Positions 9,993 through 20,434 of a DNA stretch of 64,000 bases are shown here, piece by piece. The stretch lies in NCBI GenBank assembly GCA_963765575.1, contig CAVXWZ010000008.1, positions 64,001 through 128,000 on the forward strand, read 5' to 3'. This stretch comes from an uncultured cyanobacterium (GTDB lineage Bacteria > Cyanobacteriota > Cyanobacteriia > PCC-6307 > Cyanobiaceae). A program made the translations under genes and the position numbers. Below the pieces are notes generated by a model, which did no database searches, was not told the origin of the DNA, and saw only the letters and a program-made list of their open reading frames with translations. The number at the start of each line of letters is the position of its first letter. Position 1 is the first letter of the stretch.

Positions 9993-11176
9993 GCGTTGTG
10001 GAGCCGGGCGGTCTCCAGCAGCGGGGCCGGCAGCTTCAGCCCCAGCTTGCTGAGCACCGCCTCGCCCAGGCCAGGCCGATCGATGGTGCCGCTGGGCAGT
10101 CCCGCCGGACTGAGCACCAGCAGGCGCTCGCTGTTGTTGTCCTCCAGCCGCTGCACGGCCTGCCAGAGCGGGGCTTCGGCGTCGATCGCGGTGAGGCTGT
10201 TGAGGGGTTTGAGGTGATCGCCCACCCGGTCGCTGTCCCAGCGCTGCACCGGCAGTTCCTGCAGGGTGGCGTCATCGATCAGGCCGCGCCAGCGGCCCCG
10301 GTCGCACACCAGCAGCCAGTCGGCGGGGCCCACCGGACTGGGCTCGCCGAGCCTGCTGTTGCTGAGTTGCCGCAGGCTGTCGCTGGCCTCGAGCACCCGG
10401 AAGCGACGGCCAGCCGCGTCCTTCACCCGCAGGCTGGTGAGGGCGCTCTGGAGGCTCAGCAGTTGCTGTTGATTGCGCACTGCGCCGAGGCCGAACCACC
10501 CCAGCAGGATCAGCCAGGCCCCGCTGATGCCCCCTCCCCGCAGCAGCACCACGGTGCCGATGCCGATGGCCATAAAGGCCAGCAGCCGCCCGCAGGCATT
10601 GGCCACCTCCACGCCACGGCGCTGGCTGCCGGTGACCTGCCACACCATCGCCTTGACGATCAGGCCGCCATCGAGGGGCAGTCCGGGCAGCAGGTTGAAC
10701 AGGGCCAGCACCAGGTTGAGAGTGCCCAGTTCCTTGACCATGGCGCCGAGCAGCGGCGAGAGGTGAGCCGCCGCATGGGTGCTGGCCAGCAGCCCCAGGC
10801 CCAGCGCCAGACTCACCGCCGGTCCCGCCGCCGCCACCATCAGGGCGCCGATGGCGGTGCTGGATTCCCGCTCCACGCTGGCTACCCCGCCGAGCAGGAA
10901 CAGGGTGATGCTGCGCACCTTCACGCCCTGGCTGAGCGCCACCAGGGAATGGCCCAGTTCGTGCAGCAGCACCGACACGAACAGCAGCAGCGCGGTGGCA
11001 AGACCCAAGGCCCAGAGCAGTCCCTGGCCTCCGGTGGCGGGCAGGTCAGCCGCCTCGACGCTGAGGCTGTAGTACTGCTGAAAGGCCAGGGTGGCCACCG
11101 CCAGGATCACAAACCAGCTGGGGTGGATGCGCAGGGGGATGCCGCGAATCTTCAGCAGTTGCCAGCCTTCTCCCAC
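9878..11176 (-). CDS. Site-2 (M50) intramembrane Zn protease with CBS-like C-terminus
   Basis: HELGH, AGP and FNLLPGLPLDGG motifs; multiple TM segments. Confidence 0.93.
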   Translation of the reverse strand: MGEGWQLLKIRGIPLRIHPSWFVILAVATLAFQQYYSLSVEAADLPATGGQGLLWALGLATALLLFVSVLLHELGHSLVALSQGVKVRSITLFLLGGVASVERESSTAIGALMVAAAGPAVSLALGLGLLASTHAAAHLSPLLGAMVKELGTLNLVLALFNLLPGLPLDGGLIVKAMVWQVTGSQRRGVEVANACGRLLAFMAIGIGTVVLLRGGGISGAWLILLGWFGLGAVRNQQQLLSLQSALTSLRVKDAAGRRFRVLEASDSLRQLSNSRLGEPSPVGPADWLLVCDRGRWRGLIDDATLQELPVQRWDSDRVGDHLKPLNSLTAIDAEAPLWQAVQRLEDNNSERLLVLSPAGLPSGTIDRPGLGEAVLSKLGLKLPAPLLETARLHNAYPLGLALPQVVRSMLASGEVDDSAADSAVGQPASGRI

Positions 11177-11227
11177 ACTCCGCTCCCCGATGCTTGGTGG
11201 TGGTCCAGGCCCAATCCTAGAAAGGTC

Positions 11228-11914
11228 ATGCCGTCCCCAGAACCGCCGTTGTCGCCAGCCCCCCTCCTGAAGATCTGCGGTCTGCGCGACCAGGGGCAGG
11301 CACGGGCGGTGGCAGCGCTGGGGGCCGATGCCATCGGCGTGATTGGCGTGGCGGGTTCACCCCGCTATGTGCCCCCCGGCGACCGCGGGGCCCTGTTCGC
11401 TGCCGTGCACGCTGGGGCGCCGGATTGCCAGGGGGTGCTGGTGGTGGCCGATCCCCAGGCCGATCAGCTGGCGGAGCTGGACCCGGCCCGTGGGCACCAG
11501 GTGATTCAGCTGCACGGCTCGGAGGACCCCGAGACCTGCCAACGGCTGCGCCAGCGGCTGGACTGCACCGTATGGAAGGCGTTGCGGCTGCGCAGCCCGG
11601 ATGACCTGCAGCGAGCCGAGGCCTATGCCGAGGCTGTTGACGCCCTGCTGCTGGATGCCTGGCTGCCGGGGCAGCTGGGGGGCACGGGTCAGGCGATTCC
11701 CCTGGACTGGCTTGAGGGCTGGAGCAGTCCCCTGCCCTGGTGGCTCGCCGGAGGCGTGCGGGCCGCGCGCGTGGCCGGATTGCTGGGCCGGGTGCATCCC
11801 ACCGGCCTGGATGCCTCCAGCTCCGTGGAGCGCAGCCCAGGCGACAAGGATCTGGAGCTGGTCAGCCAGCTGGTGGCTGCGCTGCCAGGCCGGTCTGGAG
11901 TCGGACCGGCCTAG
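11228..11914 (+). CDS. trpF: Phosphoribosylanthranilate isomerase
   Basis: KICGL, IQLHGSE, LLLDA, GGTG, LAGG and LDASSSVE. Confidence 0.95.
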   Translation: MPSPEPPLSPAPLLKICGLRDQGQARAVAALGADAIGVIGVAGSPRYVPPGDRGALFAAVHAGAPDCQGVLVVADPQADQLAELDPARGHQVIQLHGSEDPETCQRLRQRLDCTVWKALRLRSPDDLQRAEAYAEAVDALLLDAWLPGQLGGTGQAIPLDWLEGWSSPLPWWLAGGVRAARVAGLLGRVHPTGLDASSSVERSPGDKDLELVSQLVAALPGRSGVGPA

Positions 11915-11985
11915 ACAGCACCAGCTGGCCTAGGCAACACCAGCGCTGGGCTTCAGAAGGGTTGGCTTTGCAGACCGATTGGAGC

Positions 11986-12729
11986 TCAGGTGGCGAGCAG
12001 GGCTTCCTGATGCCTCACCAGCTCAAAGAATTCAGCCTTGAGGCTGGAATCGGTGCGGAAATCTCCGCGGACGACAGAATTCATCATGCTGGTTTGGGGC
12101 TCTTTAACACCGCGCCACTTCATGCAGTAGTGCTGAGCTTTCAGCAGAATGGCCAGGCCCTGGGGTTCGCAGAGGCGCTCGATTTCATCGGCAAGAATCA
12201 TGACGGCCTCCTCCTGGATGTGGGGCCTCGAAAACACCCAGTCGGCCACACGGGTGAATTTGGACAGTCCGATCACCCGGGCGCCAGGCTTGATGCCGAT
12301 CCAGCAGTTTCCCAGAATCGGAACCAGATGATGCGAGCAGGCGGACCGTACCGAGATGGGTCCAACGGTGTAGATCTCATCCAGCTTCTTGACGTTGGGG
12401 AAGCTGGCGATTTTGGGCTGATGGTGGTAACGACCCTTGAACACCTCGTGGAGGTACATGCGCGCTACGCGCTCGGCGGTCTCTTCGGTGTTGTGATCGT
12501 TGTCGATGTCGATCACGAGGCTGCGCAGCAGCTCACGCACCTTGCCGGCAACCTCGATTTCCAGCTGATCGAGATCACCCTCCTGCAAATGGTGGGCAAT
12601 GTTGTCGTTGGCGAGATAGGGCACTCCCGCAGCGTCCAACCGCTCGCGAATGCGCAGACTCACAGGCCGGGGACCTGCGTCGGGCGTGGCTTCAGCGGCG
12701 CTGAAAGTCGAGGGAATGGTGGACGTCAT
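11986..12729 (-). CDS. folE: GTP cyclohydrolase I
   Basis: SACSHHLVP, GLSKF, RPHIQEE and HYCMKWRG. Confidence 0.96.
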   Translation of the reverse strand: MTSTIPSTFSAAEATPDAGPRPVSLRIRERLDAAGVPYLANDNIAHHLQEGDLDQLEIEVAGKVRELLRSLVIDIDNDHNTEETAERVARMYLHEVFKGRYHHQPKIASFPNVKKLDEIYTVGPISVRSACSHHLVPILGNCWIGIKPGARVIGLSKFTRVADWVFSRPHIQEEAVMILADEIERLCEPQGLAILLKAQHYCMKWRGVKEPQTSMMNSVVRGDFRTDSSLKAEFFELVRHQEALLAT

Positions 12730-12737
12730 GGTTGAAC

Positions 12738-13448
12738 TCAGAGCGCGCCTGCGGCGGGCATGAGGGTAAGGTCTTCCACCACCTGAGTGGCGGGTTGCTG
12801 GGCGAGGAAGAGCAAGGCATCGGCAGCTCGACCCGGATCAAGCATGGCACGCCGATCAAAGGAACTGTCGACTGTTTCGGTATCCCAGAGTGGTGTATTC
12901 ACCGCACCGAGGGTGAGGGTGCTCACCCGGATGCCATGGCTGCGCTCTTCAACTGCCAGGCAGCGGCTGAGGGAGCTCAGGGCCGCCTTGCTGACGCAAT
13001 AGGCCCCCCAGTCGGGGAAGGCCTGGTGAGCGGCGTGACTGCTCACGTTGATGATCTGCCCGTGGCCCCGGGCCCGCAGGCCCGGAATCACGGCCTGGCA
13101 AACCTGGAATACAGCCGTGAGGTTGAGCTGCATCAGGGTCAGCCACTGGCTGAGGGGCATGGCCGCCAGGGCTCCGGTGTAGGCCATGCCGGCATTGTTG
13201 ATGACCACATCCGGCGTGCCCCCCTGCTGGGTGAGGGCCTCAACAGCCGGAGCGATGGCCTCGGGGTCGCTGAGGTCCACCCCACGGGTGTGGACGGGGC
13301 AGTCGCTGCTGGCCAGGTCGGCAGCGAGCAGATCGAGGTCACTCGACGGACGGGCCATCAGCATCAGCTGGTAGCCGGCTGCCGAGAAGCGACGGGCCGT
13401 GGCGGCACCGATGCCCCTTGAGGCTCCAGTGATCAGGACGGAGGGCAA
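12738..13448 (-). CDS. SDR-family oxidoreductase
   Basis: ITGASRGIG, INNAG and YCVSK; co-oriented with folE. Confidence 0.92.
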   Translation of the reverse strand: MPSVLITGASRGIGAATARRFSAAGYQLMLMARPSSDLDLLAADLASSDCPVHTRGVDLSDPEAIAPAVEALTQQGGTPDVVINNAGMAYTGALAAMPLSQWLTLMQLNLTAVFQVCQAVIPGLRARGHGQIINVSSHAAHQAFPDWGAYCVSKAALSSLSRCLAVEERSHGIRVSTLTLGAVNTPLWDTETVDSSFDRRAMLDPGRAADALLFLAQQPATQVVEDLTLMPAAGAL

Positions 13449-13505
13449 ACGGTACAGGGCGGACAGAAGGATCAGACCAAGGGCCGGGTGATCCCGATGG
13501 AAACC

Positions 13506-14495
13506 TTAAAAGGTGGGGGCCAGCTCTGTGGCGGGCTCCTCCAGGAACCGGCCGATGCGCCGGTATTTCTGGTAGCGAGCCTCGAGCAGGTCGGATGGGC
13601 TGTAGCGATCGAGTTGCTCGAGCTGCAGCAGCAGGGCCGTTTTGAGCGTGTCGGCAGCCTCCAGGGGCGCCCAGTGGTTGCCGCCGGAGGGCTCGCTCAG
13701 CACTTCATCCACGATCCCGAGCTGCAGCAGGTCGGAGCCGGTGATCTTCAGCGCTTCGGCCGCCACCGAGGCCTTGGCGGCATCGCGCCAGAGGATCGAG
13801 GCGCAGGCCTCAGGGCTGGCCACCGTGTACACGCTGTGCTCGAACATCAGCAGCCGGTCGGCGACGCCGATGCCCAGGGCACCGCCGGAGCCCCCTTCGC
13901 CGATCACCGTGGCCACAATCGGCACCCTCAGGCGGAACATCTCCCGCAGGTTCTTGGCGATGGCCTCACCCTGCCCCTGTTCCTCGGCCAGCACTCCGGC
14001 GTAGGCCCCGGGGGTGTCGATGAAGCTGAAGATCGGCAGCCCGAAGCGATCAGCGTGGTCCATCAGCCGCATCGCCTTGCGGTAGCCGCCGGGCGACGCC
14101 ATGCCGAAGTTGCGGGCCACGTTCTCCTTGGTGTCGCGGCCCTTCTGGTGGCCGAGGAGCATCACGCCACGATCGCCGATGCGGCCGATGCCCCCCACCA
14201 GCGCCTGGTCGTCGCCACCACAGCGGTCGCCGTGCAGTTCCACGAACTCATCGCAGATCACCTGGATGTAATCCAGGGTGCTCGGCCGCTGGGGATGGCG
14301 GGCCACCTGAATCTTCTGGGACGGACTGAGGGCTTCGAAGATCTCCTTGCGCCGCTTGGTGGCGAGGGTCTCGAGCTGCAGCAGCTGCTGGCTCACGTCC
14401 ACCTCCGAGTCCCGTGCCAGCTGACGGATCTGCTCGATCTGCTCCTCCAGTTCCACCAGAGGTTTTTCGAAGTCCAGCAGGGCGCGACGGGCCAT
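13506..14495 (-). CDS. accA: Acetyl-CoA carboxylase carboxyltransferase alpha subunit
   Basis: [30 protein letters not shown] and GEGGSGGAL. Confidence 0.97.
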   Translation of the reverse strand: MARRALLDFEKPLVELEEQIEQIRQLARDSEVDVSQQLLQLETLATKRRKEIFEALSPSQKIQVARHPQRPSTLDYIQVICDEFVELHGDRCGGDDQALVGGIGRIGDRGVMLLGHQKGRDTKENVARNFGMASPGGYRKAMRLMDHADRFGLPIFSFIDTPGAYAGVLAEEQGQGEAIAKNLREMFRLRVPIVATVIGEGGSGGALGIGVADRLLMFEHSVYTVASPEACASILWRDAAKASVAAEALKITGSDLLQLGIVDEVLSEPSGGNHWAPLEAADTLKTALLLQLEQLDRYSPSDLLEARYQKYRRIGRFLEEPATELAPTF

Positions 14496-14538
14496 GGCGT
14501 GGAGGGGCGGCGAGGGAACGGTTGGGACTGGTGCCTGA

Positions 14539-15588
14539 TCAGGCGCTGGCCATGGCCGGAGCGGAACGGTCGGCCGGCTCCAGCTCCAGGGACCGGAAGC
14601 CATGGCGGATGGAGGCGGCACCGATGTGGTCCATGGCCTCAAGGGTGATGTTGTTGCGACCCCAGCTGAAATTGGTGTGAATCTGCTCGAAGTCGAGCAG
14701 GATTCCCTCGGCGAAACAGGCGAACATCTGGCGCTGGGGAACCGCCATCTCGGCCAGTTCCATCATCTGCCAGCCGATGTCCTGCCAGAACTCCACGATT
14801 CCACCCTTGAGCACGCGCACCCCGGGGGCTGACGCCTTGCTGTCGAGGTTCTTGGGGTAGCCGCCGTCGATCATCAGGCAGGGGTTGCGCAGCCGCTTGG
14901 TGTCGATCTCGAGGCTCTGGGGAAGGCTGGCCACCCACACCACCACGTCGGCCTCGGGCAGGGCCTCCTCGAGGCTGAGCACCTGGCCTTCGCCGAGGCT
15001 GGCATGCAGTTCGGCCAGGGGTTGGGGGCGACGGGCCACCAGCAGCAGCTCACCCACACCGCGGCGCTGCAACCAGCGGCAGACGGCGCTGCCGATGTCA
15101 CCGGTGGCTCCCACCACCGCGACCCGGGCCTGCTTCAGATCGATGCCGAGTTGCGGTGCGTTTGTTTCGACCTGCTGGCAGATCACCCAGGCGGTGTGGG
15201 TGTTGCCGGTCGTGAAGCGCTGCCAGTCGAGTTCAACGGCACTGACGCGCTGTTCCCGCAGCAAGTTCATGTCCTCGAAAATAATCGAGGTGAAGCCCCC
15301 CAGGGCCGTGATGTCGATGCCGGAGCGCTGGGCCAGCTCCATGGCCTTGAGCACCTTGCGCTTGGCGGTTTTGAAGCGGCGCAGCATCTCAGGAACGAAC
15401 ACCGAATCGATGTAGGCGCCCTTGATGGTCTGGCCGGTGCGGCTGGTGACCTCGATCCGTTCCACCAGCTGGGGCGGCGCGGCGCACCACATGTCGAGAT
15501 CGCCGTCGGCGAAGGCATCGAACCCCAGGGTGCGGGCCTTCAGGCGGGCCTCCTCAAAACTGGTGGAGTGACCGATCAGCCCGAACAT
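14539..15588 (-). CDS. aar: Long-chain acyl-ACP reductase (alkane biosynthesis)
   Basis: [23 protein letters not shown] and FACFAE catalytic Cys. Confidence 0.96.
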   Translation of the reverse strand: MFGLIGHSTSFEEARLKARTLGFDAFADGDLDMWCAAPPQLVERIEVTSRTGQTIKGAYIDSVFVPEMLRRFKTAKRKVLKAMELAQRSGIDITALGGFTSIIFEDMNLLREQRVSAVELDWQRFTTGNTHTAWVICQQVETNAPQLGIDLKQARVAVVGATGDIGSAVCRWLQRRGVGELLLVARRPQPLAELHASLGEGQVLSLEEALPEADVVVWVASLPQSLEIDTKRLRNPCLMIDGGYPKNLDSKASAPGVRVLKGGIVEFWQDIGWQMMELAEMAVPQRQMFACFAEGILLDFEQIHTNFSWGRNNITLEAMDHIGAASIRHGFRSLELEPADRSAPAMASA

Positions 15589-15665
15589 GCGGCAGGTTGG
15601 GAGGTGTGGCGGACGCTACATCCTCCCACGCATGCTTGGACGCTAGGGCCAGCCACGGCGAAGGC

Positions 15666-16418
15666 TCAGGCCGTCAGTGCGGCGGCCGCCATGCGGGCGA
15701 TCTCCCGGCTGCTGAGGCCGATATCCATCAGGGTTTCCTGATAGCAGCTCAGGAAATCAGCCATCAGGTCCTCCTGCTCCATGTGCAGCACGGCAGCGTC
15801 CTCGGACACCTGCTCCAGCATGCGGCGCACCAGGGGCAGATTGGCGCGGTTCGCTTCCATCAGCTCCTCCCGCACGGTTTCGAGATTGGCCTTCAGCCAC
15901 TCCTGGCCGTAGTTGAGGTGGGTGTACTCGTCCTTCACTACACCTTCGGTGATCCTGCGGGCGAAGGGATCGGCGACAGGGATATAGATGTGATAAGCGG
16001 AGATGGCGAAGGCCTCAATGAGGATGGCCTGGATCAGCAGACAGGTGGTCACCTTGCCTTCGGCCAGGGCCTTCTGGAAATTGTTGTGCAGCGGGGAGAA
16101 GAACTCCTTGGCAAAGGGCATGTCGGCGGTCACGCCGAGGTTGTTGGCGCAAGCGGTAAAGCCCTTTTTGTGCTTGAGCTCCATGCGCGCCAGGCGGGCC
16201 AGCTCGTCGGCCTGGTCGCTGAGCAGGGTGCCGAGGGCGATGTAGTTGTCGTGGGCCTCCTGTTCGCCCTCGATCACGATGGCATTGATGCGGCTGTAGG
16301 CGTCCTTGTAGCTGATGCTGCCGAAGTCGGGCAGACCGCCGTCCTCGCTCGCGGTGACGTCGGGGTGGAGTGCCTGGGGCTCAGGCGCGGTCTGGGTGTC
16401 GGAGGACAGCATCACCAT
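15666..16418 (-). CDS. ado: Aldehyde-deformylating oxygenase
   Basis: [19 protein letters not shown]; di-iron ExxH motifs ELKH and EYTH. Confidence 0.97.
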   Translation of the reverse strand: MVMLSSDTQTAPEPQALHPDVTASEDGGLPDFGSISYKDAYSRINAIVIEGEQEAHDNYIALGTLLSDQADELARLARMELKHKKGFTACANNLGVTADMPFAKEFFSPLHNNFQKALAEGKVTTCLLIQAILIEAFAISAYHIYIPVADPFARRITEGVVKDEYTHLNYGQEWLKANLETVREELMEANRANLPLVRRMLEQVSEDAAVLHMEQEDLMADFLSCYQETLMDIGLSSREIARMAAAALTA

Positions 16419-16463
16419 GGGGAACGCGGCTTCGTGGACGAATAAGGGTGACTGTAACCAGCC

Positions 16464-17291
16464 TCATCCCGATTCAGGTCCAGGCGGAGTCGAGAGGGCC
16501 GTACCCGGAGGCCAGTCGCTGGCCAGCAGGTTCTCGAAGCGTTGGCGCCATCCCTGCAGCAGCCGCTCGGCCAGGGCACGGCCGAGCCCGGCGTCGGCGC
16601 CACGGGCATCACCCACCACACCGCTGCTGCTGAGGTCGCCCATCAACCAGGCGCTGGGGGCCGCCCCCTCCAGGCTCCAGCCCGCTGGGGGCGGTGGCAC
16701 CGGCTGGCCGTCGCAGGGTCGTTGGGGACCCACCAGCTCGGGCGCCAGATGCAGCATCAGGCTGGTTTCCGCCAGGGCGGCATGCAGGCCCCCCTGGCGT
16801 TCTGCCGTGGGCAGCAGCTCGGCGATCCCCTCGATGCCGCTCCAGAGGAAGCAGGGCAGCACCCCAAGGGCGGGCACCTGCACGCGCAGCTGGCGGGCGG
16901 CGGTCTGCAGCAGGGCGATCTGCCCCCCGTGGGCGTTGAACAGCACCAGCCGCTGGAAGCCGCAGTCGGCCAGTTGGCGGCCGACGCTGCACACCGTCTC
17001 GATCAGCAGGTTGGGCGGCAGGCTGAGGCTGCCCGCGAAGGACAGGTGCTCGGGGGAGAAGCCGATCGCCTGCAGGGGCAGGCGCCAGATCGGCTGGTGC
17101 TCCCCCAGCTCCTCGAGCACCGCATCCAGCAGCCGATCAGCGAACAGTCCGTCGGTGGCCAGGGGCAGCTGGGGGCCGTGCTGCTCCACCGCGCCCCAGG
17201 GCCACACCACGGTGCTGCCCCGGCGCCGGGCGGCCTCCTGCACCTGGGGCCAGGCGAGGTGGTCGAGGTGGCGCTGGGCCGGCATGGGCAT
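16464..17291 (-). CDS. Creatininase family protein
   Basis: GAVEQHGPQLPLATD, SPEH, NAHGG and HAALAETS. Confidence 0.92.
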   Translation of the reverse strand: MPMPAQRHLDHLAWPQVQEAARRRGSTVVWPWGAVEQHGPQLPLATDGLFADRLLDAVLEELGEHQPIWRLPLQAIGFSPEHLSFAGSLSLPPNLLIETVCSVGRQLADCGFQRLVLFNAHGGQIALLQTAARQLRVQVPALGVLPCFLWSGIEGIAELLPTAERQGGLHAALAETSLMLHLAPELVGPQRPCDGQPVPPPPAGWSLEGAAPSAWLMGDLSSSGVVGDARGADAGLGRALAERLLQGWRQRFENLLASDWPPGTALSTPPGPESG

Positions 17292-17335
17292 CGGATCGAA
17301 TCCCTACAGTGTGGGGCTCCCAGCCCGAGGTGCAG

Positions 17336-18652
17336 ATGGCCGGATCCGGCAAGCAACCGCCCCCGTCCTCCGCCCGTCCCGTGCCCCCCGGTCGTCCCCT
17401 GCCCCCAGGTCCCGCCCGTCCTCCCGAGGCAACGGCGCCGGTGCGCAGGCCGCCCCAGGTGCTGATGATCAAGAAGGACGAGCCCCGCTCCGCCGAGGTG
17501 CCTTCCTCATCTGCGCACGAGCCCCAGCAGCCCCAGGCTGCGGCGCCCCCCGTGCGCGGCTCGGTCAGCCCCGTTTCGGGCCGCTCTGACACTGGCCGCT
17601 CTGACTCTGGCCGACCCGACGAGGAGCGTTTCGGCATGGGCGCGCTGGAGGGCCTGTCGATGGCCGACCTGCTTGGCCCCGAGCCCGGCCGTGGCCGCTC
17701 CCAGGATGGGCGCAAGGCTGGCGGCCCGTCCCCGGCGCCAGCGGCCCAGTCCCGCAGCGTCGATGACTTCGACTTCGATGAGGAGGCCTTCCTGGCCGCC
17801 CTTGATGAACAGGCCTTCGTGGGCAGCGCCGGCGAGGTGGTGCGCGGCACGGTGGTGGGCCTCGACGGCGACGGGGTCTATGTGGACATCGGTGGCAAGG
17901 CCCCCGGCTTCATGCCCAAGAAGGAGAGCGGGCTGGGGGTGATCAGCAACCTCAAGGAGCGCTTCCCCAGCGGTGTGGAGGTGGAGGTGCTCGTCACCCG
18001 GGAGCAGAACGCCGACGGCATGGTCACGGTGAGTGCCCGTGCCCTGGCCCTGCGCCAGAGCTGGGCCACGGTGCGGTCTCTGGAGAAGGAGGGCCGGGTG
18101 GTGCAGGTGAAGGTGACCGGTTTCAACCGCGGTGGTGTGACCTGCGATCTCGAAGGCCTGCGGGGGTTCGTGCCCCGCTCCCAGCTGATCGACGGCGCCA
18201 ACCATGAGTCCCTGGTGGGCCGCACCCTGGGGGTGACCTTCCTGGAGGTGAATTCCGAGACCAGCAAGCTGGTGCTCTCCGAGAAGAAGGCCGCCAGCGC
18301 CGCCCGCTTTGCCCAGCTGGAGGTGGGCCAGCTGGTGGAGGGCGTGGTGGTGTCGGTGAAGCCCTACGGCCTGTTCGTCGACCTGGGCGGCATCAGCGGC
18401 CTGCTGCACCAGAGCTGCATCACCGGCGGCCAGCTGCGCTCGCTGCGGGAGGTGTTCGACCAGGGCGATCGCCTCAAGGCCCTGATCACCGACCTGGATC
18501 CGGGCCGGGGTCGTATCGCTCTCAATACCGCCATGCTCGAAGGGGAGCCCGGTGAGCTGCTGGTGGATCGCCAGCGGGTGCTGGAGGAGGCGGGCGATCG
18601 GGCCCATCGCGCCCGCTCCCTGCTGCGCCAACAGGAGCAGCAGGCCGGATGA
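17336..18652 (+). CDS. S1 RNA-binding domain protein (ribosomal protein S1 homolog B) with Pro-rich N-terminus
   Basis: Three S1 domains (YVDIGGKAPGF, NRGG...LRGFVPRS, KPYGLFVDLGG). Confidence 0.92.
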   Translation: MAGSGKQPPPSSARPVPPGRPLPPGPARPPEATAPVRRPPQVLMIKKDEPRSAEVPSSSAHEPQQPQAAAPPVRGSVSPVSGRSDTGRSDSGRPDEERFGMGALEGLSMADLLGPEPGRGRSQDGRKAGGPSPAPAAQSRSVDDFDFDEEAFLAALDEQAFVGSAGEVVRGTVVGLDGDGVYVDIGGKAPGFMPKKESGLGVISNLKERFPSGVEVEVLVTREQNADGMVTVSARALALRQSWATVRSLEKEGRVVQVKVTGFNRGGVTCDLEGLRGFVPRSQLIDGANHESLVGRTLGVTFLEVNSETSKLVLSEKKAASAARFAQLEVGQLVEGVVVSVKPYGLFVDLGGISGLLHQSCITGGQLRSLREVFDQGDRLKALITDLDPGRGRIALNTAMLEGEPGELLVDRQRVLEEAGDRAHRARSLLRQQEQQAG

Positions 18653-19578
18653 TCGCCACCCCGAACAGCAACTCCGGCGTCAGCGCCGCCAAGGGCCAGA
18701 ACCTGGCACCGGACTGGGAACTCGATTTCTATTCGCGGCCGATCCTCGAATCCGACGGCAAAAAACGCTGGGAGCTGCTGATCTGCTCCACCCCTGCCGT
18801 CGGCCCCGATGGGAGTCAGATGGGACCCGAGTTCCGCTGGCTGCGGGCCTGTCCCGCCACCAGCGTCAATTCGATCTGGCTGCGCGAGGCCCTCGAGCAG
18901 GCCCTGACCGAGGCCGCTGCTGCGGGCCTGGGGGTGCCGCGACGGCTGCGGTGCTGGCGGGCCTCGATGCGCACGATGGTGCAGCGCGCCGCTGAGGGCC
19001 TGGGCATGGAGCTGGTGCCCAGCCGCCGCACCTATTCCCTGGTGGGCTGGCTGCAGCAGCGGGAGCGGGAGGTGTATCCCACCGAAGCGGGATACCTGGC
19101 CGGCCCCCTGGCGCCACCTCCCACCGCGATCCGGCCGCTGCCCGTGCCCCTGCCGGAGGCGGCCCGTGGCCAGAGCTGGACCTGGGCCAGCCTGCCGCTC
19201 GCGGTGCTCGCCGAAGCTGGTGGCTGGGACGCGGCCTTCGCCGCCCTCGTGCCCCTGCCTGAGGGCGCCGATCCGGAGGCCCCGGTGCCCGGAATCCGCC
19301 TGTTCGGGGCCGGCCGGGCGTTGGCGATCGCCGGCTGGCTGGCCGGCCTCGAGCCGGTGCGGCTGGAGATTGATGGCGACAAGCTCGTGCTCGAAGCGGG
19401 CCTGGAAGATCGCTGGCTGTTGGGCAGCCTGGCCGGCGAGGAGGCCGAAGCCGCCGCGGCCGCTTTCGCCACGGCCCGCGACCAGGTGGGCGGCCTGCAG
19501 TTTCTGGCCGTGCAGGCCGGAGCGGACGACCAACGCTTTGAGGGGTTCTGGCTGCTGCGCGACCTCCCCGACGCCTGA
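18649..19578 (+). CDS. Tab2/Atab2-family RNA-binding protein
   Basis: WELDFYSRPILE...GKKRWELLIC and GLQFLAVQ...GFWLL. Confidence 0.93.
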   Translation: MIATPNSNSGVSAAKGQNLAPDWELDFYSRPILESDGKKRWELLICSTPAVGPDGSQMGPEFRWLRACPATSVNSIWLREALEQALTEAAAAGLGVPRRLRCWRASMRTMVQRAAEGLGMELVPSRRTYSLVGWLQQREREVYPTEAGYLAGPLAPPPTAIRPLPVPLPEAARGQSWTWASLPLAVLAEAGGWDAAFAALVPLPEGADPEAPVPGIRLFGAGRALAIAGWLAGLEPVRLEIDGDKLVLEAGLEDRWLLGSLAGEEAEAAAAAFATARDQVGGLQFLAVQAGADDQRFEGFWLLRDLPDA

Positions 19579-19612
19579 TCCAGCCCCGTCCAGCCCTCCC
19601 TCCCTTCCCGCC

Positions 19613-20416
19613 ATGGCCGAGGCCATCGACCCCCCCTTCGATCGTCCCGATGTGGGCTTCAACGACCTGCCCGGCTGGACCTGGGTGGGTTGCTACGGGG
19701 GCTACTACCTCCAGGCCGATCTGCTCGCGGACTTCGAGCACGGGTTCTTCACCCGCCAGTGGCAGGGCCGCGAGCCGGAGGTGCTGGCCGGCTACCTCAG
19801 TGCCGGGGTCAGCGTGCACCGCCCCCGCCAGGTGCATGGCGCCGCGGTGCTGGCGGCCTCCCGGGCCCGCCCGGACCCCTGGCCCGAGGCCGATGGCCTC
19901 TGCAGTGATGCCGGCGGCCAGAGCCTGTGGGTGTGTGGTGCCGACTGCACGCCGGTGCTTCTGGCCGACCCGGTGCGCGGCGCCGTGGCGGCCTGCCATG
20001 CGGGTTGGCGCGGCGTCGCCGCACGCATCCTGGCGGTGGCGGTGCAGGCGCTGGAGGCGGCCGGCAGCCACCGCGACGACCTGCTCGTGGCCCTCGGCCC
20101 GGCCGTGAGCGGCGCCGCCTACCAGGTGGAGCGACCGGTCAGTGTCCAGGTGGCCAGCAGCATCGCCGCCTCTGCCGCCCCTGCCGCTCTGGCAGCCCTG
20201 CGGCAGGCCGGTGGTCTGCTGGACGACCCCGACCCCAGCCGGGATCGGCTCGACATCCGCACCGCCGCCCGTCTGCAGCTGCAGCAGCTGGGCGTGGCGG
20301 AGGATCGCATCAGTGTGTGCCCCCTGTGCACCGTCTCGCAGCCGGAGTTGTTCCACTCCTGGCGCCGTGATCAGGTGAAGGCGGTGCAGTGGAGCGGCAT
20401 CGTTTCCCAGGCCTGA
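19613..20416 (+). CDS. pgeF: Peptidoglycan editing factor / polyphenol oxidase-like (YfiH)
   Basis: QVHG, ADCTPVL, HAGWRG and CT...FHSWRR. Confidence 0.93.
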   Translation: MAEAIDPPFDRPDVGFNDLPGWTWVGCYGGYYLQADLLADFEHGFFTRQWQGREPEVLAGYLSAGVSVHRPRQVHGAAVLAASRARPDPWPEADGLCSDAGGQSLWVCGADCTPVLLADPVRGAVAACHAGWRGVAARILAVAVQALEAAGSHRDDLLVALGPAVSGAAYQVERPVSVQVASSIAASAAPAALAALRQAGGLLDDPDPSRDRLDIRTAARLQLQQLGVAEDRISVCPLCTVSQPELFHSWRRDQVKAVQWSGIVSQA

Positions 20417-20434
20417 ACCGCTCCGGCCAGGCCC

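Noticed and set aside
12738..16418. ado-aar-accA-SDR cluster as a new pathway
   Set aside because: This is the well-known cyanobacterial alkane biosynthesis locus.
17579..17613. Short in-frame tandem duplications (also near 8148-8178, 4500-4523 and 58717-58757)
   Set aside because: Slippage repeats in disordered protein termini or linkers; frame-preserving and unremarkable.
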